A DNA stretch of 64,000 bases. Origin: Pseudomonadota bacterium (GTDB taxonomy: Bacteria; Pseudomonadota; Alphaproteobacteria; UBA1280; JAAZVW01). The notes beneath the pieces are model-generated. The model was not told the DNA's origin and did no database searches. It worked only from the letters and a program-made list of their open reading frames with translations. Positions 21,363-30,635 of this stretch are shown piece by piece. The stretch is taken from NCBI GenBank assembly GCA_018623135.1, contig JAAZVW010000004.1, positions 746-64,745 on the forward strand, written 5' to 3'. How positions within the stretch are numbered: position 1 is the first letter of the stretch; every line of letters starts with the position of its first letter. The position numbers were made by a program, and so were the translations under genes.

Positions 21363-22778
21363 ATGTCATCTCCCAAAGCTGTATTGAAGCAGATTGAAGA
21401 ACAAGCAATAGAATTCGTTGATTTTAGGTTTTTAGATTTTCGTGGTAAGTGGCATCACATTACCATGCATGTGTCTCAGTTAGATGAAGCTTCTTTTGAA
21501 GAAGGGTTTAACTTTGACGGTTCTTCTGTTGATGGATGGTGTGAAATTAATACATCGGATATGTTTTTTGTACCAGATGCGGCAACTGCATTTGTAGACC
21601 CTTTTATGGCGGAGCCAACACTTGTGCTTGTTTGTGATATTTTAGATGCGGCGACAGGTAAGGCTTATAATAGATGTCCACGCGGTATTGCAGGCCGTGC
21701 AGAAGAACACTTGAAAGAGTTAGGTATTGCAGATGAGGCCTTTTTTGGCCCTGAATTGGAATATTTTATTTTTGATTCTGTAAAATATAGTACGGCTGCG
21801 CATAAAGTTTCTTATGAATTGGATAATCAAGATGCTGCCCATTGGAATTCTGATACAGATAAAGACGCACTTAGCCATGGCCACTTGACTTCTGTTAAAG
21901 GCGGATACTTTCAGCTTGCGCCAACAGACCGCACGCAAGATATGCGTACCGAGATTCTTAAAGTGATGAGAGCTATTGGTATAGATGCGCATTTACACCA
22001 TAGTGAAGTGGCGACAGCTTCTCAAAATGAGGTGGGTTCGGTAGCTAAAACCCTTAAAGTTAAAGCAGATGAAACAATTGCTAGTAAATATATTGTTAAA
22101 AACGTTGCCGATATGTACGGAAAGACCGCCACTTTTATGCCTAAACCTTTAGGTGGGGATAATGGTAGTGGTATGCATGTGCATCAGTCTTTATGGAAAG
22201 AGGGTAAAAACCTATTTGCTGGTGAGCAGTATGCCAATCTTTCTGAAACAGCGTTGCATTACATTGGCGGCATTATTAAACATGCTAAAGCCTTAAATGC
22301 ATTTACTAATGCTTCTACCAATTCGTATAAGCGTTTAGTGCCAGGTTTTGAAGCGCCAACTATTTTAACCTATGCGGAGCGTAATCGTTCTGCTTCTATT
22401 CGTATTCCTGCATCAGGTTCTGAGAAGGCTAAGCGTATTGAAGTGAGGTTCCCAGATGCTTCTGCAAACCCTTATTTAGCGCTTTCTGCTTTATTAATGG
22501 CAGGTTTAGATGGTGTTGAAAACCAAATTGACCCTGGTAAAGCGATGGAGAATAACCTTTATGATTTATCTCCATTAGAGGAAAAAGAGCTTTCGCATGT
22601 CTGTGGTTCTTTAGATGAAGCTTTAAAGGCTCTGGATGAAGATAGAGACTTCTTGAAACGTGGTGGCGTATTTGATGATGATATGATTGACGCCTATATT
22701 GAATTGAAGAAAGAAGAGGTTGAACGCCTAAACCAGACACCGCACCCTGTGGAAGTGGAAATGTATTATTCTGTTTAG
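21363..22778 (+). CDS. glnA: glutamine synthetase type I
   Basis: 471 aa with GSGMHVHQSLW, NSYKRLVPGFEAP, SIRIP and the adenylylation-site context NLYDL. Confidence 0.95.
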   Translation: MSSPKAVLKQIEEQAIEFVDFRFLDFRGKWHHITMHVSQLDEASFEEGFNFDGSSVDGWCEINTSDMFFVPDAATAFVDPFMAEPTLVLVCDILDAATGKAYNRCPRGIAGRAEEHLKELGIADEAFFGPELEYFIFDSVKYSTAAHKVSYELDNQDAAHWNSDTDKDALSHGHLTSVKGGYFQLAPTDRTQDMRTEILKVMRAIGIDAHLHHSEVATASQNEVGSVAKTLKVKADETIASKYIVKNVADMYGKTATFMPKPLGGDNGSGMHVHQSLWKEGKNLFAGEQYANLSETALHYIGGIIKHAKALNAFTNASTNSYKRLVPGFEAPTILTYAERNRSASIRIPASGSEKAKRIEVRFPDASANPYLALSALLMAGLDGVENQIDPGKAMENNLYDLSPLEEKELSHVCGSLDEALKALDEDRDFLKRGGVFDDDMIDAYIELKKEEVERLNQTPHPVEVEMYYSV

Positions 22779-22844
22779 AGTTGTATAAAAAGTATTGGTT
22801 ATATATAATAACTTAGATCTTTATTCCGTTTAGGAGATAGAAAA

Positions 22845-22994
22845 GTGAAAAAAACAGTTAAGCAAGCGATGCAACAAAATGTCCGCGCAGCTGTTGTTGC
22901 TAAACAGCAATTTGATGTGCCTGTGTGGGCTATTAAAATTGCCTTAGCAGCTGTTGCTGTAACTATGTACTGTATAACCATGCCGCTACCATAG
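22845..22994 (+). CDS. possible 49-aa small membrane protein (GTG start; absent from the ORF track)
   Basis: An aggaga SD lies about 7 nt upstream of the GTG. The C-terminal hydrophobic helix is WAIKIALAAVAVTMYCI. A strong terminator follows. Confidence 0.35.
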   Translation: MKKTVKQAMQQNVRAAVVAKQQFDVPVWAIKIALAAVAVTMYCITMPLP

Positions 22995-23017
22995 CGATGT
23001 AAAACTAAATAAAGTAT

Positions 23018-23044
23018 AAAAAACCCGCTTTGGCGGGTTTTTTT
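23018..23044 (+). terminator. Rho-independent terminator after glnA/small ORF
   Basis: acccgc/gcgggt stem, 4-nt loop, T7. Confidence 0.8.
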
Positions 23045-23212
23045 GTGCTAAATAGGTTGACCTATGAGGTAAGAGAGCTTATATGCTCTGGTACTTAAAT
23101 AATATACCGTTTTTTGGTTGCTCCTTCCATTGTGGAGCACTAGACGCTGTATTGTTTTGGTATTCTTAATTCAAAATCAATAAAAGAGGCATTCGCCTCT
23201 TAAGGAAATTAC

Positions 23213-23614
23213 ATGAAATTGGTAAAAATCATCGGTCTGTCTTTTGTTGCTGTTCTGACTACTGGCTGTGCTGGTATGCAACAAAAGGTGGCGGATGGGT
23301 TTTATAACGCTAAAAATAGCGTTGATGACCCACAAGAGGAAACTGTGGAGGTTGCCGTTATGAATAATGGTACACAAGTTGGTTCTTCTGGCGATGTTTT
23401 TTTGATTGTCTATGAAGGCAGTGAGTACACTCTTATCCGTAAGAGTGCTGTTGGTGCTGTTTCATGCACAGTTAAAACAGCAGATGGTGATGTTGCTATT
23501 TCGCTCAAAGAAAAAGAGCTTGTAGCTAACTTGGAAACCCCAAAGCCTTTTGGTATTACCAAGTACACGCCACACGGCTCGGTAAATAACACAGAATGTG
23601 TTATGATGCTGTAA
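23213..23614 (+). CDS. hypothetical lipoprotein
   Basis: Signal peptide ending in the lipobox-like LTTGC. No other motif recognised. Confidence 0.6.
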   Translation: MKLVKIIGLSFVAVLTTGCAGMQQKVADGFYNAKNSVDDPQEETVEVAVMNNGTQVGSSGDVFLIVYEGSEYTLIRKSAVGAVSCTVKTADGDVAISLKEKELVANLETPKPFGITKYTPHGSVNNTECVMML

Positions 23615-23629
23615 ATCGATAAACTTAAG

Positions 23630-23659
23630 GAGCTTTGCAAATTGCAAAGCTCTTTTTTT
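23630..23659 (+). terminator. Rho-independent terminator
   Basis: gagctttgc/gcaaagctc stem, T7. Confidence 0.8.
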
Positions 23660-23746
23660 GTGCATAAGGTTAATAAAAGCCAAGCCATGCCTTGCTTTTA
23701 AGAAAATAGGCTTTACAAAGACTTAAAGCTGGCATAGATTATAGCT

Positions 23747-24154
23747 ATGGAAAATTCAGTACTTACTCCCAAAGGAGAGCTTGCTCTTCGTATTTTGATT
23801 ATGCCTTCTGATCTTAACGGTCATGGTACCCTGTTTGGTGGGGCTATGATGAGTTATTTGGATCAGGCTGGTGCTATTGTTGCAGCTCAGCATATTAAAG
23901 CGCCACTTGTGCTTAAAGCTGTTGAAGGTATTAATTTTATAACGCCATGCTTTAAATCGGAGCGATTGAGCTTTTATGGACGTATTGTAAAAATTGGTAG
24001 AACATCTATTACTGTAGAGCTAGATGTGTACCGTGAACATATGCGTTTAGAAAAACCAATACATGCAACAACCGCAACTTATGTGTTTGTTCAGGTAGGG
24101 CAGGATTTAGAATCTGCCGAAATACAGAACAAAGAGTTACCAACGTACGACTAA
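23747..24154 (+). CDS. hotdog-fold acyl-CoA thioesterase (YciA-like)
   Basis: MPSDLNGHGTLFGGAMMSYLDQAG signature; 135 aa. Confidence 0.75.
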   Translation: MENSVLTPKGELALRILIMPSDLNGHGTLFGGAMMSYLDQAGAIVAAQHIKAPLVLKAVEGINFITPCFKSERLSFYGRIVKIGRTSITVELDVYREHMRLEKPIHATTATYVFVQVGQDLESAEIQNKELPTYD

Positions 24155-24189
24155 TTTAAAATTATTTATAAAAAGTGTAGAGTTAGACT

Positions 24190-26166
24190 ATGTCAGATTT
24201 ATTTGAAGCACCCGTATCGGAAACACAAGCTCAGAATGATTATTCAGCATCTTCTATTGAAGTATTAGAAGGGCTAGAACCTGTACGTACGCGACCTGGT
24301 ATGTATATTGGTGGTACAGACAGTACAGCGCTACATCATTTATTTAAAGAGATTATAGATAACTCTATGGATGAAGCTGTTGCAGGCTTTGCAGATAAAA
24401 TTTGGGTAACGCTTCATAAAGATGGTGCTTTAACGGTAAGGGATAATGGTCGCGGTATTCCGGTAGATGCACACCCTAAGTATAAAGATAAATCGGCGCT
24501 TGAAGTTATTTTAACCACGTTACACTCTGGCGGTAAGTTCTCTAACAATGCATATAAAACATCTGGTGGTTTGCATGGTGTAGGTATATCGGTGGTGAAT
24601 GCGCTTTCCGAATACTTAAATGTAGAGGTGTATAGAGATGGTCGTGTTTATAAACAAAACTTTGCTCGCGGTAAGTGTTTAGGCCCTGTAGAAGATACAG
24701 GTGAAATGCGTAATAAAAAAGGAACGCAAGTAACCTTTATGCCAGATGCTGAGATATTTGGTATTCATAAATTTACAGCTAAGAAGTTGTACGACGTTAC
24801 GAGATCTAAAGCTTACTTATTTAGTGGTGTGACCATTTATTGGAAAGACGAAACAGCGACAGAAGAAGCTGAAACACCTAAAGAAGATAAATTCCATTAT
24901 CCAGAAGGTTTAAGAGATTTTGTTAAATCTGTTATTGGTCAACGTTTATGTTTAACGAAAGATTTATTTTCTGGTAAGGCAGATTTAGTTATAGAAGGTA
25001 GAGACGAGGGTTCTGTTGAGTGGACTGTGGCTTGGCCTTATGCGGAAGATGGTCAACAAACATCTTACTGTAACACTGTACCTACGCCGCAAGGTGGTAC
25101 GCATGAAAATGGTTTACGTGGTGCGTTAACAAAAGCGGTACGTGCTTATGCAGAAATGCGTGGGCAGAAAAAAGCAGATAAACTTTCTGCAGAAGATATT
25201 TTAGGTGGGGCACATTTAGTTGTAAGTGTGTTTGTTCGAAACCCACAGTTCCAGGGTCAAACAAAAGATAAACTTACAAACCCAGAAGTTCAGCGTTGGG
25301 TTGAAAATGCTATTAGAGATCATTTTGACCACTGGCTTGTTGCAGATAAAGAAAGTGCAGATGCGCTGATGACGCGTGCTTTTGAGCGACAAGATGAACG
25401 TACACGTCGTCGTAAAGAACAAGATGTACGCCGTAAAACTGCGACATCACGCAAGATACGTTTACCTGGTAAGCTTGCGGACTGTTCTGACCAATCTGCC
25501 TCTGATACGGAGATTTTTATTGTAGAGGGTGATTCTGCGGGTGGTTCAGCTAAGCAGGCGAGGGATCGTAAAACACAGGCGATTTTACCGCTTAAGGGTA
25601 AAATCCTTAACGTGGCTTCTGCAACAAAAGATAAAATGCTTGCTAACCAAGAGGTTAAAGACCTCACGCAGGCGTTAGGCTGTGGTTTAGGTAAAGATTG
25701 TAACCCTGATGACTTGCGCTATGAGCGTGTTGTGATTATGACCGATGCCGACGTGGATGGGGCACATATTGCAACCCTTATTATGACGTTCTTTTTTGAG
25801 CAAATGCCACAGGTTTTACAAAAAGGTGCTGTGTATTTAGCTATGCCACCGCTTTATAAGCTTGAACTTAATAATGGTGATAGTGAGTATGCACTTGATG
25901 ATGCGGAAAAAGATAAGCTTTTAAATACTAAAAAGTTTAAAGGTAAAAACGTAACGGTTTCTCGATTTAAAGGTTTGGGTGAAATGCCGGCGGCACAGCT
26001 TAAGGCAACGACAATGGATAAGTCTAAACGCCGTCTGATGCAAATTCGTATCGATTCATTGGCAGATGCGAAAGATATTGTCGGTAGGCTTATGGGTAAA
26101 AACCCTGAAGAGCGCTTGAACTTTATTAAAGAGCGCGCAGGTACCGCTGTTTCTTTAGATTTATAA
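24190..26166 (+). CDS. parE: DNA topoisomerase IV subunit B
   Basis: GHKL ATPase and Toprim motifs (LEGLEPVRTRPGMYIG, EGDSAGG, PLKGKILNV, DADVDGAHI). At 658 aa it lacks the GyrB-specific insertion. Confidence 0.88.
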   Translation: MSDLFEAPVSETQAQNDYSASSIEVLEGLEPVRTRPGMYIGGTDSTALHHLFKEIIDNSMDEAVAGFADKIWVTLHKDGALTVRDNGRGIPVDAHPKYKDKSALEVILTTLHSGGKFSNNAYKTSGGLHGVGISVVNALSEYLNVEVYRDGRVYKQNFARGKCLGPVEDTGEMRNKKGTQVTFMPDAEIFGIHKFTAKKLYDVTRSKAYLFSGVTIYWKDETATEEAETPKEDKFHYPEGLRDFVKSVIGQRLCLTKDLFSGKADLVIEGRDEGSVEWTVAWPYAEDGQQTSYCNTVPTPQGGTHENGLRGALTKAVRAYAEMRGQKKADKLSAEDILGGAHLVVSVFVRNPQFQGQTKDKLTNPEVQRWVENAIRDHFDHWLVADKESADALMTRAFERQDERTRRRKEQDVRRKTATSRKIRLPGKLADCSDQSASDTEIFIVEGDSAGGSAKQARDRKTQAILPLKGKILNVASATKDKMLANQEVKDLTQALGCGLGKDCNPDDLRYERVVIMTDADVDGAHIATLIMTFFFEQMPQVLQKGAVYLAMPPLYKLELNNGDSEYALDDAEKDKLLNTKKFKGKNVTVSRFKGLGEMPAAQLKATTMDKSKRRLMQIRIDSLADAKDIVGRLMGKNPEERLNFIKERAGTAVSLDL

Positions 26167-26173
26167 GATGTAT

Positions 26174-26202
26174 GAAGAGGTCTGATACAGGCCTCTTTTT
26201 TT
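26174..26202 (+). terminator. Rho-independent terminator after parE
   Basis: aagagg/cctctt stem followed by T8. Confidence 0.7.
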
Positions 26203-26478
26203 GGATTTTAAGTAAAAACACCCTTGTTTTTTATTAAAGAAGGGTTAAATGTAACCCCAGCCCTAAAAGTTCTTGTTTTTATTTACCCAATCAAGCACTT
26301 AAAGCTTGCATTTGGCTCTGTTTTATTATATTAACTAGGCTATTAATTTAAGTTGTCATGCGTGAAACGGCTCAAGGTGTCTTCATTTTGAAGGTGTTGG
26401 ACGGCCCCCCGGTGTTGATTTTCAACTCAGTTCGCGCAGAAGTTTTAACCGGAAATGTATAAAGGATTATTTAATATT

Positions 26479-27348
26479 ATGGCACTTCCAAAATTTACTA
26501 TTCGTGATTTACTAGAAGCTGGTGTTCACTTTGGTCACCAAACTTACCGCTGGAACCCTAAAATGGCACCGTACATCCACGGCAGCCGTAACGGTGTTCA
26601 CATTATGGACCTACGTCAAACAGTTACAGCTATGTACACTGCTCTTGGCACACTTCGTAATGTAACAGCAGCTGGTGGTCGCGTTCTTTTTGTAGGTTCT
26701 AAGCGTTCAGCACAAACAATCGTGCAAGAAGCTGCAGAGCGTTCTGGTCAGTACTACGTAAACCACCGTTGGTTAGGTGGTATGCTAACAAACTGGCGTA
26801 CAATCAATGCTTCTATTCGTCGTCTTAAGAAGCTAGAAGCTATGTTCGCTAACCCAGAAGAAACACAGCTTACTAAGAAAGAACTTCTTGGTCTACAACG
26901 TGAATACGATAAGCTACAACGTTCTCTTGGTGGTATTAAAAACATGGGTGGCCTTCCTGATGCTATCGTTGTTATTGATACAAACAAAGAAAACATCGCA
27001 ATTGCTGAAGCGAACAAGCTAGGCATTCCTTTGATTGCGATTGTGGACTCTAACTGTTCACCTGAAGGTGTAGACATCCTTATCCCTGGTAACGATGATT
27101 CTACACGTGCTCTACGTCTTTACACACGTTTGATGACTGATGCGATTCTAGATGGTATTTCTGCACAAGTTGCTAAAGCACCAGCTAAATCTAACACATC
27201 AAACAAAAAAGGCGGCGCTCGTAAGAGTGTTGTGAATCTTTCTCCTAAAGCAGCAGAAGCAGCTGAAAAGGGTGAAGATAAAGCTGAAACAGCTAAAGAA
27301 ACAGCAAAATCAGCTAAAAAAGAAGCAGCTCAAGCAGCCGCTAACTAA
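26479..27348 (+). CDS. rpsB: 30S ribosomal protein S2
   Basis: [22 protein letters not shown]...; the ATG at 26479 is preferred over the track start at 26455. It has a Lys/Ala-rich C-terminal tail. Confidence 0.95.
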   Translation: MALPKFTIRDLLEAGVHFGHQTYRWNPKMAPYIHGSRNGVHIMDLRQTVTAMYTALGTLRNVTAAGGRVLFVGSKRSAQTIVQEAAERSGQYYVNHRWLGGMLTNWRTINASIRRLKKLEAMFANPEETQLTKKELLGLQREYDKLQRSLGGIKNMGGLPDAIVVIDTNKENIAIAEANKLGIPLIAIVDSNCSPEGVDILIPGNDDSTRALRLYTRLMTDAILDGISAQVAKAPAKSNTSNKKGGARKSVVNLSPKAAEAAEKGEDKAETAKETAKSAKKEAAQAAAN

Positions 27349-27434
27349 TTTATTGGATGCTGGGCTTAAGAAATTTTCTTAAGCCTAGGTTCTTTAATAA
27401 AAAGCTTATCTTAAAAAATTCGGAGATATTAAAA

Positions 27435-28322
27435 ATGGCAATTTCAGCAGCAGACGTTAAAAACTTACGTGAGCAAACTGGCGCAGGCATGATGGACTGC
27501 AAAAAAGCACTAAACGAAACTGACGGTGATTTTGAAGCAGCGGTAGACTGGCTACGTGCTAAAGGTATCGCTAAAGCAGCTAAAAAAGCAGCGCGTGCAG
27601 CGACAGAAGGTTTGGTTACATTTAAATCAGAAGGTACTAAAGGTACATTAGTAGAAATCAACGCTGAAACTGATTTCGTAGCTAAGAACCCAACTTTCGT
27701 TGAATTTACAGAAAACTTAACAGCTCTTGCTTATGACACTTCAGCAAACGATGCTGAAACTCTTGCTTCTACAGAAATGAATGGCAAGCCTGTTTCTGAA
27801 AACTTGACTGATCTTATTGCTAAGATTGGTGAAAACATGAACCTACGTCGTGTTGCGACACTAGAAGTAGAATCTGGTGTTGTTGCAGGTTACAGCCACA
27901 TGGGTGGTAAAATCGGTGTATTAGTTGCACTATCTTCTGACAAATCTGAAGATGAAATTGCACCAGTTGCTAAGCAAATCGCTATGCATGTTGCAGCATC
28001 TAACCCACAAGCTTTAGATTCTGAATCTTTAGACCCTGCAATTGTTGAGCGTGAGCGTTCAGTTCTTGTTGAACAAGCGATTGAATCTGGTAAGCCTAAA
28101 GAAATTGCTGAAAAAATGGTTGAAGGCCGTATGAAGAAATTCTTAAAAGAAATCTGCCTTGTAGACCAACCATTTGTAATGGACACAGATAAAACTGTTG
28201 CTGAATTTGCTGCTGATGCAGGCTGCAAAGTAGCTGGTTTTGTGCGTTACGGCTTAGGTGAAGGCTTAGAAAAGAAAGAAGAAAACTTTGCAGAAGAGGT
28301 GAAAGCTGCTGCCGGTCTTTAA
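27435..28322 (+). CDS. tsf: elongation factor Ts
   Basis: MAISAADVKNLREQTGAGMMDCKKAL with a ggaga SD. The track start at 27357 is rejected. Confidence 0.95.
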   Translation: MAISAADVKNLREQTGAGMMDCKKALNETDGDFEAAVDWLRAKGIAKAAKKAARAATEGLVTFKSEGTKGTLVEINAETDFVAKNPTFVEFTENLTALAYDTSANDAETLASTEMNGKPVSENLTDLIAKIGENMNLRRVATLEVESGVVAGYSHMGGKIGVLVALSSDKSEDEIAPVAKQIAMHVAASNPQALDSESLDPAIVERERSVLVEQAIESGKPKEIAEKMVEGRMKKFLKEICLVDQPFVMDTDKTVAEFAADAGCKVAGFVRYGLGEGLEKKEENFAEEVKAAAGL

Positions 28323-28344
28323 TCTAAGATTTACTTAGTCTTTT

Positions 28345-28377
28345 AAAAAGCGCAGGATTTAGTCTTGCGCTTTTTTT
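28345..28377 (+). terminator. Rho-independent terminator after tsf
   Basis: agcgcagg/cttgcgct stem, T7. Confidence 0.75.
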
Positions 28378-28444
28378 ATTCTATGGACTTTTTTGCTCAG
28401 TTCGTTACAATGCAAAAAACATAAAAAGTAAAGAGGCGAATCAA

Positions 28445-29161
28445 ATGCAACAATACAAACGTGTCCTTCTTAAACTTTCTGGTGAAGCCCTTATGGGGGA
28501 CCAAGCTTATGGTATTGATACTGCAACACTTAAAAGGTTTGCAGATGATATTAAAGAAGTGGTAGATGCGGGGTATGAAGTTGCTATTGTAATTGGCGCG
28601 GGTAACATTTTTAGAGGTGTTGCAGGTGCTGCGATGGGATTAGATCGCGCGAGTGCTGATTACATGGGTATGCTTGCAACAATGATGAATGCGATGGCCA
28701 TGCAAAATGTTCTAGAAGCAGAAGGCTTAGAAACACGTTTGCAAACAGCAATTCCGATGGATGTTGTAGCCGAACCATTTGTAAGACGCCGTGCTTTACG
28801 CCATATGGAAAAAGGCCGTGTGGTTATTTTGGGCGCAGGTACGGGTAAGCCTTTCTTTACAACAGATTCAGCCGCGGCATTGCGTGCAGCTGAATTGAAC
28901 TGTGATTTACTTGTAAAAGCAACGGGTGTGGATGGTGTTTATTCTGCTGATCCGAAAAAGGATAAAAATGCGGAGCACTTTGCACATATTACTTTTACAG
29001 AAGTATTAATTAAAAAATTACAAGTGATGGATGCGACAGCTATTTCGCTTTGCCGAGATTCTAATTTGCCAATTATGGTATGTTCTCTTAAAGAAAAGGG
29101 TAACTTACTTAAGGCGATTACAGGTAAAGTTAAGCACACACTTATAACAGAAGATAAGTAG
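28445..29161 (+). CDS. pyrH: UMP kinase
   Basis: [12 protein letters not shown]...GAGNIFRG...[10 protein letters not shown]. Confidence 0.95.
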   Translation: MQQYKRVLLKLSGEALMGDQAYGIDTATLKRFADDIKEVVDAGYEVAIVIGAGNIFRGVAGAAMGLDRASADYMGMLATMMNAMAMQNVLEAEGLETRLQTAIPMDVVAEPFVRRRALRHMEKGRVVILGAGTGKPFFTTDSAAALRAAELNCDLLVKATGVDGVYSADPKKDKNAEHFAHITFTEVLIKKLQVMDATAISLCRDSNLPIMVCSLKEKGNLLKAITGKVKHTLITEDK

Positions 29162-29185
29162 TAACATAAAAAAGGACGGACAAAG

Positions 29186-29743
29186 ATGTCTCAAGCTTTA
29201 TTAAATGACCTTAAAGGTCGTATGGAAAAATCAATCGCTTCTCTAGAAAAAGATCTAGGTGGTTTGCGTACAGGTCGTGCTTCGGCAGATCTTTTAGCCC
29301 CAATTACAGTAGATGCTTATGGTTCTAGAATGCCGTTAACGCAAACAGCAAACGTATCTGTTGTAGATGCAAGCTTGCTTTCTGTAACTGTTTGGGATGC
29401 AACGCTTACAGATGCTGTTGAAAAGGCAATTCGTGAATCTAACTTAGGTTTGAATCCATCTGCAGAAGGTAACGTTATTCGTGTGCCACTACCTCAGCTT
29501 ACAGAAGAGCGTCGTAAAGAGCTTTTAAAAGTAGCACGTGGTTTTGGTGAAAACGGCCGTGTTGCTATCCGTAATATTCGTCGTGATGGTATGGATTCTG
29601 TTAAGAAGCTAGAAAAAGATTCTGAAATTTCTGAAGATGATGCACGTCGTCTTTCTGATGAGATTCAAAAACTTACAGATACTTTTGTCAAAGATGTAGA
29701 TACGCATCTTGAGAAAAAAGAAACTGATATTATGAAAGTATAA
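29186..29743 (+). CDS. frr: ribosome recycling factor
   Basis: LRTGRAS...PLPQLTEERRKEL...IRNIRRD. Confidence 0.95.
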   Translation: MSQALLNDLKGRMEKSIASLEKDLGGLRTGRASADLLAPITVDAYGSRMPLTQTANVSVVDASLLSVTVWDATLTDAVEKAIRESNLGLNPSAEGNVIRVPLPQLTEERRKELLKVARGFGENGRVAIRNIRRDGMDSVKKLEKDSEISEDDARRLSDEIQKLTDTFVKDVDTHLEKKETDIMKV

Positions 29744-30459
29744 TGTTGAAACAACCTCAACATATTGCTTTTATTATGGACGGAAATGGTCGTTGGGCAA
29801 CAGCCCGCGGCCATAAACGTATGGAAGGTCATAAGGCGGGTGTAGATGCGCTTTATAACTTGTTGCCTGCGTTGGTAAAGCGTGGTGTGAAGTATGCGAC
29901 TTTTTATGCATTTTCTTCTGAAAACTGGGGTAGACCAGAAGAAGAGGTAAAAGGCTTAATGGCGCTTGCGGAACTTGTGTTTAAAAAAGAACTTAAAAAG
30001 CTTGTTAAAGAAGGTGTGCGTTTAAAATTCTTAGGTGATTTTTCTGAAAAGTCTAAAATTTCTAGGTCTATGAAAAAAATTATTCAGCAGGCGGAGTTTG
30101 ATACTGCTGAAAATACTAAGCTACATGTTAATATTTGCTTTAACTACGGGGGGCAGCAAGAGCTTTTAAATGCAGCCCGAGAGCTTTGTGTAAAAGTTGA
30201 AAATGGTGAATTGGTAGCGGATGATATTACCACTGATATGTTTGAAGCTGCGCTTTATACAGCAGGGCAACCGCACCCTGATTTGATGATTCGTACAAGT
30301 GGAGAGCAACGTTTAAGTAATTTTTTACCTTGGCAGCTTTCTTATGCGGAGTTTTATTTTACAGATATTTTATGGCCTGATTTTGATGCCAATGCTTTAG
30401 ATGACGCTTTGGATAAATTTGCAGGAAGAGATCGACGATTCGGGTTGGTTAAATTTTAA
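29743..30459 (+). CDS. uppS: undecaprenyl diphosphate synthase
   Basis: HIAFIMDGNGRWA, FSSENW.RP and RTSGEQRLSNFLPWQ. Confidence 0.92.
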   Translation: MLKQPQHIAFIMDGNGRWATARGHKRMEGHKAGVDALYNLLPALVKRGVKYATFYAFSSENWGRPEEEVKGLMALAELVFKKELKKLVKEGVRLKFLGDFSEKSKISRSMKKIIQQAEFDTAENTKLHVNICFNYGGQQELLNAARELCVKVENGELVADDITTDMFEAALYTAGQPHPDLMIRTSGEQRLSNFLPWQLSYAEFYFTDILWPDFDANALDDALDKFAGRDRRFGLVKF

Positions 30460-30489
30460 AAGCACGCTTAATTAAAGGCGTGCTTTTTT
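30457..30489 (+). terminator. Rho-independent terminator after uppS
   Basis: agcacgc/gcgtgct stem, 10-nt loop, T6. Confidence 0.7.
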
Positions 30490-30635
30490 ATTTTATTAAT
30501 AAGATAAAACAACCGCTTAAAAAATATTTAATGCCCCTGTGTTTAAAATGTCATTTTATCCTTTAAAGTACCTGTTAACTTGTGTAGAATAGCCACACAT
30601 AAAACCAACATAGATAAATAGAAAAAGAAGTTACT

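Noticed and set aside
22799-22981. 60-aa minus-strand ORF in the track downstream of glnA.
   Set aside because: It has no SD and is antisense to a better-supported plus-strand small ORF that lies upstream of the plus-strand terminator.
26455-26478. Longer N-terminal extensions offered by the ORF track for rpsB (26455), tsf (27357), lpxI (36813), lpxB (37660), ihfA (57717) and the 18474 ORF.
   Set aside because: Internal ATGs give the canonical conserved N-termini ([28 protein letters not shown].., [23 protein letters not shown]). Some of them (tsf, for example) also have a visible SD. The extensions are unconserved.
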